NCBI GenBank assembly: GCA_963777315.1
Contig: CAVZQC010000001.1
Coordinates: 160,001-224,000, forward strand
Reading direction: 5' to 3'
DNA length: 64,000 nt
Source of the DNA: Vulcanimicrobiota bacterium
Lineage (GTDB): Bacteria > Vulcanimicrobiota > Vulcanimicrobiia > Vulcanimicrobiales > Vulcanimicrobiaceae
Shown: positions 46,884 to 56,720 of the stretch, in pieces
Layout of the letters: every line of letters begins with the position of its first letter
Numbering within the stretch: position 1 is the stretch's first letter
Made by a program: the position numbers and the translations under genes
Notes under the pieces: model-generated
Told to the model about the DNA's origin: nothing
Databases searched by the model: none
What the model saw: the letters and a program-made list of their open reading frames with translations, nothing else

Positions 46884-47738
46884 GTGCCCGCACGCATTTT
46901 GGACGGCCGCGCGGTCGCTACCGAACTGCGCGCCGAATTGCTCGTCAGAAGCAACGAGCTTCGCGAACGGGGAGTTCATCCCCGGCTCGTCATCACGCTG
47001 GTAGGTGAGGACGAGTCTTCGCTTGCGTACGTCCGCAATCTCACCAAGAGCGGCGAACGCGCCGGCATCGCGATCCACGTCGACGAATTGCCCGAATCCT
47101 CCAGCGCCCGCACCGTTCGCGAGCGCTTGGAACGCTTGGGCAACGATGCCGGCGTGCACGGCGTCATGCTGCAGCAGCCTCTGCCGGCACACCTTTCGAT
47201 ACGAACGCTCGCGGATTCCATTCCGCTGCACAAAGACGTCGACGGCAGCCATCCTACCAATCAAGGGCACCTGGCGTTCGGAAGCGGCGCAGAGTTCGTC
47301 CCGGCGACTCCCGCGGCGGTGATGCTGCTGCTCGAACGCAGCCCGCATTGGCCGCTCGCCGGCCGCCGAGCCGTGATGATCGGCCGTTCGATCGTCGTGG
47401 GCGCCCCGGTTGCCATGCTGATGCTTTCGCAGGACGCAACGGTGACGGTTCTGCACAAAGAATCGATCGATTTGCAGCCGTACGTGCGTATGGCGGAGAT
47501 CGTCGTCGTTGCAACCGGCGTACCGGGATTGATCGGAGGCGCGGACATCGCGCCCGGCGCCACCATCATCGACGTCGGAACGACGGTCGTCGACGGAGAG
47601 CTCAAAGGCGACGTCGATTTCGACAGTACGCTGGCCGTTGCAGGCGCCGTCACGCCGGTTCCGGGGGGCGTCGGACCGGTAACGAACGTCGCGCTGCTGC
47701 GCAACGTCATAAAAGCGGCTCGCCTTAGTTTGCGCTGA
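46884..47738 (+). CDS. folD: methylenetetrahydrofolate dehydrogenase (FolD family)
   Basis: ILDG, QQPLP, KDVDG, PATP, GRS.VVG.P, DVG, TPVPGGVGP. Confidence 0.93.
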   Translation: MPARILDGRAVATELRAELLVRSNELRERGVHPRLVITLVGEDESSLAYVRNLTKSGERAGIAIHVDELPESSSARTVRERLERLGNDAGVHGVMLQQPLPAHLSIRTLADSIPLHKDVDGSHPTNQGHLAFGSGAEFVPATPAAVMLLLERSPHWPLAGRRAVMIGRSIVVGAPVAMLMLSQDATVTVLHKESIDLQPYVRMAEIVVVATGVPGLIGGADIAPGATIIDVGTTVVDGELKGDVDFDSTLAVAGAVTPVPGGVGPVTNVALLRNVIKAARLSLR

Positions 47739-48435
47739 AATACTTGCCGAAGTAACGCTCTTGCCGGCTGCGCCGGTTTTGCTCGTTCCTGCGATCGCCT
47801 GCGGCCCCGAGCTCGGCCCTACGCTCGAGCAGCTTGCGCACCTGCGGCAACAGCTGCTGCAGGAGATCGTGTTCGAGCATCAGCCTGCGCCGCGTACTCG
47901 CCGCGGCGAGCAGCTGCTGCTTGACGGCGTCCGCGATTTGCAAGGCGTCGGCAACGATGAAGGACAGGCGGCTTGGATCCTGCGGTAAATCAATTTCCGG
48001 CTTCTCACCGCTGAACTCCACGATCGCATCGCGGTATTCGCAAAATATGCCGCGCACGCGCTCGCGCAATCGCGCAAGCTCTTCGCCGGCTGCATCGTTC
48101 TCCGGAAGAATATCCGCTTCGACGGTCAAATAGGGTTCGCGGCTCAGGATGCGCCGGATGCGAAACCGTTCGCGTCCGATCGTGGAAACGTAATACCGTC
48201 CGAACGGCAGAGGCTTTGCCTCGCGGATTTGCGCGGTCGTTCCCACGTCGTGCGGCTCGACGGCAAAATCGCCCGTTTCGCTGCCTTGGCGAATGAGCGC
48301 GACGCCGAAGCATTCGCCGGACTCCAAACATTCGCCGATCAAGCGTTTGTACCGCGATTCGAAAACGTGCAGATTGAGCACCGTGCCGGGGAAGAGCACC
48401 GCGTTGAGCGCAAACAGCCGCAGACGCCGCAGCAT
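47725..48435 (-). CDS. Lon N-terminal (substrate-binding) domain protein
   Basis: LFALNAVLFPGTVLNLHVFESRY, FGV, GRERF; no AAA+ or protease domain. Confidence 0.85.
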   Translation of the reverse strand: MLRRLRLFALNAVLFPGTVLNLHVFESRYKRLIGECLESGECFGVALIRQGSETGDFAVEPHDVGTTAQIREAKPLPFGRYYVSTIGRERFRIRRILSREPYLTVEADILPENDAAGEELARLRERVRGIFCEYRDAIVEFSGEKPEIDLPQDPSRLSFIVADALQIADAVKQQLLAAASTRRRLMLEHDLLQQLLPQVRKLLERRAELGAAGDRRNEQNRRSRQERYFGKYFSAN

Positions 48436-48537
48436 GAATTCGTTGGCTTCCGCCGCCAACGCAAACGCGCCTGCCCGCGGCGGCGCGGGCTTTCGCGTAT
48501 CAAGGATTCGCCGGACCGTACACAAAGATGACCACGA

Positions 48538-49122
48538 ATGCACGAGGCGTTCGGCTACCTTCGGGCGGCGCATCCCGATCCGCACCCGCTTCTGCTCGAA
48601 CTCGAGCAGTACGGCCGTAAGGAAGAAGTCAGCGCCGTTCCGCGCGAAGTGGGGCGGCTGCTCTCCACGCTCGTGCACGGCATGCAGGCCAACCGCATTC
48701 TGGAGATCGGCACGGCGTACGGCTACGCAACGCTATGGATGGCGCTGGCACAGCCGCCGCTGGGCAAAATCTGGACGTTCGATCCCGATATCGAACGCAC
48801 GCAGGTTGCGGTTTCGTACTTCAAACGCGCGGGAGAGGACGATTTCATCGAAGTCGTCAACCAGCCCGCGCTGCAAGTGCTGCCGGTGTTTCCACAGCGC
48901 AACATGGACGTCGTGTTCGTCGACGCGCCCGCGGCGGATTACGAAGCGTACCTAGAGCACTGCTTGCCGCTGCTCAAACTTTCCGGACTGGCCATCTTCA
49001 ACAACGTGCTGGCGGCGCAATCGGCACGCCCGTTCAACCGCGCGTTTTTGCATCACCCGGACCTGGACGCAACGATCATCCCGCTCGGGGGAGGCCTGGG
49101 CATCGGCGCGCGCAAGCGGTGA
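48538..49122 (+). CDS. class I SAM-dependent O-methyltransferase
   Basis: ILEIGTAYGY, DVVFVDA. Confidence 0.88.
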   Translation: MHEAFGYLRAAHPDPHPLLLELEQYGRKEEVSAVPREVGRLLSTLVHGMQANRILEIGTAYGYATLWMALAQPPLGKIWTFDPDIERTQVAVSYFKRAGEDDFIEVVNQPALQVLPVFPQRNMDVVFVDAPAADYEAYLEHCLPLLKLSGLAIFNNVLAAQSARPFNRAFLHHPDLDATIIPLGGGLGIGARKR

Positions 49123-49616
49123 ACGTGCCTTCACCGCCCAGCGCCCAAGCGTTCAAAGCGGCCATGCGCCGATTTCCCACGGGCGTTACAGTCGTTACGA
49201 GCGTGCGCGAAGGCGAGCCGCGCGGCGTAACGGTCAGTTCCTTTGCCAGCGTCTCGGTCGATCCGCCGCTGGTGCTGATCTGCATCAATCTCCAAGCGCG
49301 CAGTTATTTGTACATCTCCACCTCGCGAATTTTCTGCGTGAACGTTTTGAGCGGGCGCCAGCGCGCGCTTGCCGAGCGGTTTTCGGGTAAACTGCGCGAG
49401 AATCAGTTCGAACACGTGCAGTACGGCGTCGACGTCACCGGAGCGCCGGTGATCGACGGCTGCGTTTCACACCTGGACTGTGAAGTGGCGCAAGAACACC
49501 ACGCGGGCTCGCACAGCATTTTTATCGGGCGCGTGCTCTCGTGCCGCTCGCGTGCAGGATCGCCGCTGGGATACTACAACGGAGACTTTCACGATTTCGG
49601 GATACGGATAGAATAA
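49119..49616 (+). CDS. flavin reductase domain protein
   Basis: FPTGVTVVT, SVSVDPPLVL, GSHSIFIGRV. Confidence 0.9.
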   Translation: MNVPSPPSAQAFKAAMRRFPTGVTVVTSVREGEPRGVTVSSFASVSVDPPLVLICINLQARSYLYISTSRIFCVNVLSGRQRALAERFSGKLRENQFEHVQYGVDVTGAPVIDGCVSHLDCEVAQEHHAGSHSIFIGRVLSCRSRAGSPLGYYNGDFHDFGIRIE

Positions 49617-49621
49617 TCCGC

Positions 49622-50365
49622 GTGCGCATTCTGGCTCTCAACGTGAAAGCCGGCGGCACGAGCGCGAAAATTGATGCGCTGCTCGAACGCGTGCTCGGAC
49701 ATCGGGCCGACGTCCACGTGTTCGGCGAGTTCCGCGATTCGGCCACCGGCGCGCGTATCCGCGAAACGCTCGCCCGGGCGGATATTCCGCACCACGCGTA
49801 TTCGCCCGGGCATCGCACCAACGGGGTGCTCGTGGCGGCGCGCGAGCCGTTCACGCCGGTGCGCAACCCGTGCGGATTGCCCGAAGACTCCTACCCTAAC
49901 GCGATGATCGAATGTATATTTCCCGGCGTGCACATTATCGGCGTGTACTTGCCCGGGCAGGATCGCAAACGCCCCCATCTCGAGTGCTTGATTCGCTTGG
50001 CGCGGTCCATGGACGAGCACAACGTCGCTGCGACCGTCGTGGGCGATTTCAATTCCGGACGCAATGAAACCGACATCGAAGCCAACGTCGGCAAACGCCG
50101 GTTGGCCGACGAGTTCAGCACCGCCGGCCTCTACGGCCTACTGGAGCGGCAATGGCGCGAGGCATGGCTGTACGAACATCCCGATGCGTTAGAGTTTTCG
50201 TGGTATCCTCGAATGGGGCCGCCGCAACGCAAGAACGGCTGGCGTCTGGACAAAGCGTTCGTATCTCGAGCTTTGCTTGCCGGACTGCGCGGCGCATTTT
50301 ACGATCACTCGTTCCGGTTGGACGCGCTCACCGATCACTCCGCGCTGATCGTAGACTTCGGTTAG
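49622..50365 (+). CDS. endonuclease/exonuclease/phosphatase (Xth-like) protein
   Basis: LNV, E, GDFN, GWRLD, DH motifs. Confidence 0.82.
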   Translation: MRILALNVKAGGTSAKIDALLERVLGHRADVHVFGEFRDSATGARIRETLARADIPHHAYSPGHRTNGVLVAAREPFTPVRNPCGLPEDSYPNAMIECIFPGVHIIGVYLPGQDRKRPHLECLIRLARSMDEHNVAATVVGDFNSGRNETDIEANVGKRRLADEFSTAGLYGLLERQWREAWLYEHPDALEFSWYPRMGPPQRKNGWRLDKAFVSRALLAGLRGAFYDHSFRLDALTDHSALIVDFG

Positions 50366-50369
50366 GCCG

Positions 50370-50885
50370 CTAACGAGGCAAATACGGAAGAGGATCGACC
50401 GGCGTGTCTCCCACGCGAACTTCGAAATGCAGATGCGGACCCGTGGAACGCCCAGTCGAGCCAACCGCGCCGATAGGCTGTCCCTGCGCGACGGTTTCAC
50501 CGACTCGCGCGTAGATCTGCGAGCAGTGCGCGTAGCGCGTCGTCACGCCGCTGCCGTCGTCAATCACGATGAGGTTGCCGTAACCGCCGTCCGGTCCGGC
50601 AGATACGACGCGCCCGGGCGCCGCCGCCGAGATCGGGGTGCCGGCGTCGGCCGCGATGTCCAGGCCCGGGTGAAAGTCGTTTCCGGCTCCCAGCGGATTT
50701 TTGCGCATCCCAAAGCCGGAGGTTATGTCGCCGGAGAGCGGCCATTGCATTGCGGTTTGCGAGCGCGCGGGCGGGAACACCGAATTGACCAGCGACGCAA
50801 AGGCGCCGCCGGCGGCTGGAGCTGCCATGGGCGCGATGCCGCCCGAAATCTGCGCGATCCGCTGCTGCACCGCTGCCAGGTCCAT
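50370..50885 (-). CDS. M23 family peptidase
   Basis: HPGLD, GYGN, YAH, GSTGRSTGPHLHFEV; start uncertain. Confidence 0.9.
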   Translation of the reverse strand: MDLAAVQQRIAQISGGIAPMAAPAAGGAFASLVNSVFPPARSQTAMQWPLSGDITSGFGMRKNPLGAGNDFHPGLDIAADAGTPISAAAPGRVVSAGPDGGYGNLIVIDDGSGVTTRYAHCSQIYARVGETVAQGQPIGAVGSTGRSTGPHLHFEVRVGDTPVDPLPYLPR

Positions 50886-50967
50886 CTGGATATCCACGTT
50901 TTGCTTATCGGCAAGCGGCGCGGCGCGCCACAGGGTCGCAGGCGCGCAGCGCAGTAACGAGCGCCGC

Positions 50968-51606
50968 GTGACGATCGAAACCTTTGCAGTCGGCCCGTTG
51001 GGATGCAACTGCACCATTCTGGCCGACCGGCGCACGGGTGAGGCGATCGTCGTCGACGGCGGCGATGGGGTCGACGAAGTGGTGCGCAGGCTCGCCGCGC
51101 GCGGGTTGCGGGCCCGTTATCTCGTGCACACCCACGCGCACATCGATCACATCGGCGATCTCGGTTCGCTCCGCGAAAAAACCGGCGGCCGCGGATTGCT
51201 TCATCCGGCCGATCTTCCGCTGTACCGAACGCTGGCTGTGCAGGCATCGTGGCTGGGACTGCGCCGCGCACCCGAAATAGTGGAACTCGACGGCGAGTTG
51301 CGCGACGGCGACGCGATTTGCGCGGGCGAGATGAGCCTGGAAGTACTGCACACGCCGGGGCATACGCCGGGCAGCGTGTGTTTTGCGCTGCGCAGCGAAG
51401 ACGCCGTTACGATTTTTTCCGGAGACACGCTCTTTGCCGGGTCGATCGGGCGCTGGGATTTGGGCGGTACGTCGATGGAAGACATCGTGAACAGCATTCA
51501 CGCAAAGCTGCTTGATTTCGCGGACGCAACCGCCGTCATACCGGGCCACGGACCTTTTACGACGATCGGCACGGAACGGGCGTCGAATCCGTACCTGCAA
51601 CGTTGA
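50968..51606 (+). CDS. MBL-fold metallo-hydrolase (glyoxalase II-like)
   Basis: THAHIDH, TPGHTPG, SGDTLF, PGHG. Confidence 0.92.
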   Translation: MTIETFAVGPLGCNCTILADRRTGEAIVVDGGDGVDEVVRRLAARGLRARYLVHTHAHIDHIGDLGSLREKTGGRGLLHPADLPLYRTLAVQASWLGLRRAPEIVELDGELRDGDAICAGEMSLEVLHTPGHTPGSVCFALRSEDAVTIFSGDTLFAGSIGRWDLGGTSMEDIVNSIHAKLLDFADATAVIPGHGPFTTIGTERASNPYLQR

Positions 51607-52160
51607 TGCCCAATCGCCCCAAGCTGTTCGCGGGAATCGAACTCGACGCGGGCACGCGCGCGCAGTGCGCGGCGGTGGCAGCGCGGCTGCAGGCGCAGGG
51701 CGTGCCCGCGCGCTTCGAAGCGCCCGAGAAATTGCACTTCACGCTGGCGTTTTTGGGATGGGTGCAGCCCGAGCGCGTGGAGCCGATCCGCAACGCGCTG
51801 CGATCGCTGGCGGCTCGAACGCCGGTCTTTGGTTTGGTGCTGAATACGCTGGGAGCATTCCCCAACGAACGCAATCCACGCGTGGTTTGGATCGGCGCGC
51901 GCGAGCAAGGCGCCGCGTTTACCGCCCTAGCCGCAAACGTCCGCAGCGAATACGGCGCGCTCGGATTTCGCTTCGACAAGCACGCAGTGGCACACGTCAC
52001 CATCGCGCGCATCAAAGAGCCTCGCGTTCACCTGCCGATGCTCGACGTTTGCCCGATACCGCTCGCGGTGAGGGAGCTTACGCTGTTCGAATCGGTGCCG
52101 GATTCGCGCACGACCCGGTACGAAATCCGGGACCGTACGGCCTGCAGATTGCCGGACTGA
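51606..52160 (+). CDS. thpR: RNA 2',3'-cyclic phosphodiesterase (2H family)
   Basis: Two HxT motifs (LHFTL, AHVTI), PRVVW; TGATG coupling. Confidence 0.85.
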   Translation: MPNRPKLFAGIELDAGTRAQCAAVAARLQAQGVPARFEAPEKLHFTLAFLGWVQPERVEPIRNALRSLAARTPVFGLVLNTLGAFPNERNPRVVWIGAREQGAAFTALAANVRSEYGALGFRFDKHAVAHVTIARIKEPRVHLPMLDVCPIPLAVRELTLFESVPDSRTTRYEIRDRTACRLPD

Positions 52161-52205
52161 GCAGCTGCGCGCAAGAATGCCCCGGCGGGCTTGCGGATCG
52201 GGAAA

Positions 52206-52703
52206 CTAATGCAGCTTGATCAGCATCTTCCCGTCGTCGCTATGCGGCGGAGGCGGCGTCGGAAGCGTTTCGGCCACCGGCGCAACGCGGCGCTCCAACG
52301 GCGGCATCGCGCCGTAGTCGGGAATCGCCCCGGACGCGATTTTGCCCTTGTAGTCGTCGATGGCGACGTGCAGCGCTTCGATCGCGCGCTGCGGGTAGTC
52401 TTTTTTCTTTTCGGGATAACCGCCGAGCGCGCTTTCGATGTCGCCCGTGGAAATCGCAAGCGCCTGGTCGACCGTTTTGCCCTTGGCCAAATCGACCATC
52501 AAACTGCACGTTGCCGTTCCGAAACCGCATCCGGTGGTGAAATACGAAATGTCCTCGATGACGGCGCCCGGTCCGATTTTTAGGAAGAAATTATACATGT
52601 CGCCGCAGGAGTCGCTGAAATACTCACCGCTGGCCGTCGGCTCGTCCATCGTGCGAAAGCCGCTACGTTCTTCCACCAATCGCTGGAATTTCGGAAAGTC
52701 CAT
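52206..52703 (-). CDS. atypical IscU/NifU-N family protein
   Basis: SCGD and GCG motifs, LAKGKTVDQA; C-terminal HC replaced by KDYP. Confidence 0.8.
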   Translation of the reverse strand: MDFPKFQRLVEERSGFRTMDEPTASGEYFSDSCGDMYNFFLKIGPGAVIEDISYFTTGCGFGTATCSLMVDLAKGKTVDQALAISTGDIESALGGYPEKKKDYPQRAIEALHVAIDDYKGKIASGAIPDYGAMPPLERRVAPVAETLPTPPPPHSDDGKMLIKLH

Positions 52704-52742
52704 TCTTACAGGCGCTCCAATCTGAAGTTTGATGCGGCGATG

Positions 52743-53372
52743 CTATCCCGCTTTGACTTCGAACCGGCACTGGGTGCCGCCGGTTGCAATCGACTCGGTT
52801 TGCACGTGTTCGCCGCCGATCGTTTCGTCGAGCACGTGGTGGATGACCGAGCACACTTCGGGATGTTCCTTGGCGACTTCGGAATAGGGACAGTTGTGCT
52901 CGCGAAGCTCGAATCCGCCGTCGATTAAACTGTATTCGGCGAGCACGCCACCCTCTCGCAGCACTTGGGTCAGCTGCTCGAGCTTGGCCTGCGGGTCCGC
53001 GGCGGTCACGCGCTCTTTCGCTTTGGCGACCGTGCGTTGGGCAATTGCGTCGAAAACTTGAGTGACGCCCTCCTGCCCGAACTGCCGCTTCATCTCACGC
53101 AGCACGGCGCCGAGCATCTTGTCGTACCGTTGCGGAAAGAGCTTCTCGGCTGCGTCGGTCAGCGAAAATTCGTACGTCGGTTTCGTGCGCCCACGCCGTA
53201 CGGACTTCTCGGCCACCAGCCCGTCGCGTTCCAGCACCACCAGCTGCTGGCGCACGGCGTTGGGCGAAAGCCCGAAAACACGGGCCAAATCGACCGCCGA
53301 GGCCGATTTGCTGCGCCGCAGTTCTTCGACGATGCGTCCGCGCGTAGACTGAAAAAAACGATCGGCTTGCAT
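52743..53372 (-). CDS. SufR-like HTH Fe-S responsive regulator
   Basis: wHTH (LSPNAVRQQL..LERDG), HNCPY...VC...C cysteines; divergent from suf genes. Confidence 0.82.
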   Translation of the reverse strand: MQADRFFQSTRGRIVEELRRSKSASAVDLARVFGLSPNAVRQQLVVLERDGLVAEKSVRRGRTKPTYEFSLTDAAEKLFPQRYDKMLGAVLREMKRQFGQEGVTQVFDAIAQRTVAKAKERVTAADPQAKLEQLTQVLREGGVLAEYSLIDGGFELREHNCPYSEVAKEHPEVCSVIHHVLDETIGGEHVQTESIATGGTQCRFEVKAG

Positions 53373-53396
53373 GTTCTCCCGTGAGACTAACATGAA

Positions 53397-53449
53397 ACCC
53401 CAAGATAGTCCAGGTTTTCCTTGACTTTCTCTTGGGGTAAGTCTAGCAT
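53397..53449 (+). promoter_or_regulatory. sigma70 promoter of suf operon with overlapping inverted repeat
   Basis: TTGACT(53421-26)-17 bp-TAGCAT(53444-49); ACCCCAAGA(53397-405)/TCTTGGGGT(53430-38) inverted repeat. Confidence 0.65.
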
Positions 53450-53493
53450 TACAAGCGGGTCCGCTTGGACCAATCCACACCGAGGAGAACCAC

Positions 53494-54264
53494 GTGTCCG
53501 ATAGGGGCCTTGTCGTCCGCGACCTGCATGCCGGCGTCGCCGGCAAAGAAATTCTCAGGGGAATCGATTTGGACGTCGAGCCCGGACGCGTGCATGCGTT
53601 GATGGGCCCCAACGGCAGCGGCAAATCGACGCTCGCCTTTTCGCTGACCGGGCATCCGAATTATTCCGTTACTTCCGGCACGGCGACCCTGGACGGTCAC
53701 GATTTGCTGGCAATGGCTCCCGACAAACGCGCCAAGGCCGGGTTGTTTCTGTCGTTTCAATATCCCGCCGCAATCCCGGGCGTGAAAGTCGCCAATTTTC
53801 TGCACGCCGCGCGTCAGGCCGTGCGCCCCGGGGATCTGACGCCCAGCAAATTCCGCGCGTTGCTCATGGAGAAACTCGAAGCGCTGGACATGGATCCCGC
53901 GTTCATGGGGCGGTACTTGAACGACGGCTTTTCCGGCGGTGAGAAAAAGCGGCTGGAAATGCTGCAGCTTGCCGTGCTCGCTCCCAAGTACGCGGTGCTC
54001 GACGAAACCGATTCCGGCTTGGACATCGACGCGCTCTCGGCCGTGGGCGAATCGGTCAATGCGCTGCGCCGCAGCGATGAAGGCAAGGACATCGGATTCC
54101 TGATCATCACGCACTATCCGCGCATTCTCCAATACGTTCGGGCTGACGTCGTGCACATCATGATTGAGGGCCGGATCGTCAAGCAAGGCGATGCGGAACT
54201 CGCCAATCGTATCGAGCGCGAAGGATACGATACGGTCCGCGCGGAGACCGAACAGATTGCCTAG
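53494..54264 (+). CDS. sufC: Fe-S assembly ATPase SufC
   Basis: MGPNGSGKST, FQYP, GFSGGEKKR, LDETDSGLD, ITHY; GAGGAG RBS. Confidence 0.96.
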   Translation: MSDRGLVVRDLHAGVAGKEILRGIDLDVEPGRVHALMGPNGSGKSTLAFSLTGHPNYSVTSGTATLDGHDLLAMAPDKRAKAGLFLSFQYPAAIPGVKVANFLHAARQAVRPGDLTPSKFRALLMEKLEALDMDPAFMGRYLNDGFSGGEKKRLEMLQLAVLAPKYAVLDETDSGLDIDALSAVGESVNALRRSDEGKDIGFLIITHYPRILQYVRADVVHIMIEGRIVKQGDAELANRIEREGYDTVRAETEQIA

Positions 54265-55450
54265 CGCCATTGCGCGAGCCGTCGCGCCCGAGAATCTGGA
54301 AGATGCGATAGCCGCGCTGGACCAAGCCGTGCTGGACGCGCCGGCCCGCAAGGCGCTGCTGTCACGCTCGTTTGAACTTCCCTCCGGCCGCGAAAAGCCG
54401 GGGCGCTTCTGGAAGATCGATCTCGAGGCGCTGGATTATACGACGCTTTCGGTGCGCCCGGCATCCGCGCCGCGCATAACCGCAACCCAGGTGCGCGGGC
54501 TCACTGCATGTGATTTGGCTGGAGCGGTTCGCTCGCACGGCGAGCTGGTGTCGCGGGCGTTCGAATCGGCCGCTCCGGCAGGCAACAAGTTTGCAGCGCT
54601 CGCGGGCGCGCTGTGCAATACGGGCGCATTCGTCCACGTGGCCGCCGACGTTGCAGTCGATGCTCCCGTCGAAATCGTTTACGACGCGCAGGAGCCGCTG
54701 TTTCCCTACACCGTGATCGTTCTCGAACGCGGAGCGAGCTGCACCGTGATCGAGCGATTCGAAGGCGCCGAAGGCGTCTTCGTTTGCGGCGCAGCCCAAC
54801 TCATCGCCGGCGAAAACGCTTTCGCCGCATATGCGGCCGAACAGCAGCTGCCGCAGGGCGCCCGCGCGATCTTCACTCGCACGTTTCGGCCCGGTCGATC
54901 TGCCAACGTCGTATGCTCGGTCGCCGATCTGGGCGCGGAGCTGGCCGTGGGAACGCTCAACGTAGCGATAGAGCAGCCGGGCGTCGACGCGCAGGTCAAC
55001 GCGCTGTTCTTCCCGTGCGGCAACCAGCACGTCGACCTGATCTCGACGGTGGAGCACGACGTCGGCGATTCGCAATCGCAAACGCTCGTCAAGTCCGCAG
55101 CCAACGGACGCGGCCAAGCGCGCTACCTGGGCAACATCCGCATCGCGCCGGGCGCTCAGGCTACGCTGGCATCGCTGCGCGACGATGCCCTGCTGCTGTC
55201 CCGCCACGCGCACATCGACTCCGTACCGGCGCTCGAAATCGCGGCCAACGACGTAAAGGCCTATCACGGCGCAACGGTCGGTGCGCTGGACGCCGAGCAG
55301 ATCTTCTATATGACCAGCCGCGGCATCGCACCGGGCGACGCCGAGAAGATGATCGCGTTGGGTTTCTTCGAGCCGGTTATCGAGCGCTTTCCCACGAGTG
55401 CGCTGCGCGAACGGCTGCGCTCGGCACTGCAAGCCAAGGTCGGCGAATGA
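54257..55450 (+). CDS. sufD: Fe-S assembly protein SufD
   Basis: PALEIAANDVKAYHGATVG, FYMTSRGI; HGA pattern of SufD rather than HEA of SufB. Confidence 0.85.
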   Translation: MPSAIARAVAPENLEDAIAALDQAVLDAPARKALLSRSFELPSGREKPGRFWKIDLEALDYTTLSVRPASAPRITATQVRGLTACDLAGAVRSHGELVSRAFESAAPAGNKFAALAGALCNTGAFVHVAADVAVDAPVEIVYDAQEPLFPYTVIVLERGASCTVIERFEGAEGVFVCGAAQLIAGENAFAAYAAEQQLPQGARAIFTRTFRPGRSANVVCSVADLGAELAVGTLNVAIEQPGVDAQVNALFFPCGNQHVDLISTVEHDVGDSQSQTLVKSAANGRGQARYLGNIRIAPGAQATLASLRDDALLLSRHAHIDSVPALEIAANDVKAYHGATVGALDAEQIFYMTSRGIAPGDAEKMIALGFFEPVIERFPTSALRERLRSALQAKVGE

Positions 55451-56706
55451 TCCATCCCGTGCCGCCCATCGCGAGCGATGCCAAAGCCGAGCGCATCGTT
55501 GCGGATTTTCCGATCCTCGCACGTCCGACGTCGCGCGGCAAACGCCTAGTGTATCTGGATTCGGCGGCGACTTCGCAAAAGCCGCAGTGCGTCATCGACG
55601 CGCTGGTGGACTACTACACGCGCTACAACGCGAACGTCCACCGCGGCGTGTACGAGCTGGCCGAACAAGCCAGCGACGCGTTCGAAGCGGCCCGCGGCAA
55701 GGTCGCGCGATTCCTCAACGCGCAGGCTGCGGAGATCGTGTGGACGCGCAACACGACCGAAGCGATCAACTTGGTTTCGTATTCTTGGGGGTTGTCGAAC
55801 CTGAGCGCCGGGGATGCGATAGTGACGACGCAACTCGAGCATCATTCCAATTTGGTCCCGTGGCAGCTGCTTGCGCAAAAGACGGGAGCGCAGCTGCGCT
55901 TCATTCCCGTCGACGATCGCGGTCTGCACGTGCTCGACGATTTGGACCGGCTGCTGCAGGACTGCAAGCTCGTCGCGCTCTCCCACGTGAGCAATACGCT
56001 AGGTACGATAGCGCCGTTGGAAACGATCGTCCCCAAGGCTCATGCCGCCGGAGCGCTCGTGCTGGTGGACGGCGCGCAAGCGGCGCCCAACATGCCGGTG
56101 GACGTGCAATCGCTCGATGCGGACTTTTACGCCTTGAGCGCACACAAAATGTGCGGTCCCACGGGAATCGGGGTTCTCTACGGCAAGCGCGCGCTGCTTG
56201 AAGCGATGCCGCCGTTTCTGACGGGCGGGGACATGATTCGCAAGGTCGAGTACGCGAGCACTTCGTTCAACGAATTACCCTGGAAGTTCGAGGCCGGCAC
56301 GAGCAACATCGCCGACGCAATCGCATTCGGGGCGGCGATCGATTATCTGCAGGAGATCGGCATGCAGTGGGTTCGCGACCACGAGCGCGCGATCGTGGGT
56401 TACGCGCTCGACCGGCTCGGCGGCCTGCGGCGGCGCGGCCTTGCGATCTATGGGCCGGCGGATTCGAACCTGATTGCGGACGTCATCTCCTTCAACTTCG
56501 GCGACATTCACGCCCACGACTTGGCTTCGCTGCTCGATACGCAAGGGGTTTGCGTTCGGGCCGGCCATCATTGCACGATGCCGCTGATGGAAAAAATGGG
56601 CTGGCCCGCCACCGCGCGCGCGTCGTTCTACATCTACAATACGCGGCGCGACGTCGACGCGCTCGTCGATGCGCTGGAGAAGGCGGCGGATGTCTTCAAG
56701 CTGTAA
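55447..56706 (+). CDS. sufS: cysteine desulfurase SufS
   Basis: YLDSAATSQKP, EHHSN, SAHKMCGP, RAGHHC. Confidence 0.96.
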   Translation: MIHPVPPIASDAKAERIVADFPILARPTSRGKRLVYLDSAATSQKPQCVIDALVDYYTRYNANVHRGVYELAEQASDAFEAARGKVARFLNAQAAEIVWTRNTTEAINLVSYSWGLSNLSAGDAIVTTQLEHHSNLVPWQLLAQKTGAQLRFIPVDDRGLHVLDDLDRLLQDCKLVALSHVSNTLGTIAPLETIVPKAHAAGALVLVDGAQAAPNMPVDVQSLDADFYALSAHKMCGPTGIGVLYGKRALLEAMPPFLTGGDMIRKVEYASTSFNELPWKFEAGTSNIADAIAFGAAIDYLQEIGMQWVRDHERAIVGYALDRLGGLRRRGLAIYGPADSNLIADVISFNFGDIHAHDLASLLDTQGVCVRAGHHCTMPLMEKMGWPATARASFYIYNTRRDVDALVDALEKAADVFKL

Positions 56707-56720
56707 ACGCGCCCCATAAC

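Noticed and set aside
49622..52160. EEP nuclease, MBL hydrolase and 2H phosphodiesterase as a defence or RNA-repair system
   Set aside because: All are common housekeeping families, interrupted by an M23 gene, with no defence hallmark genes
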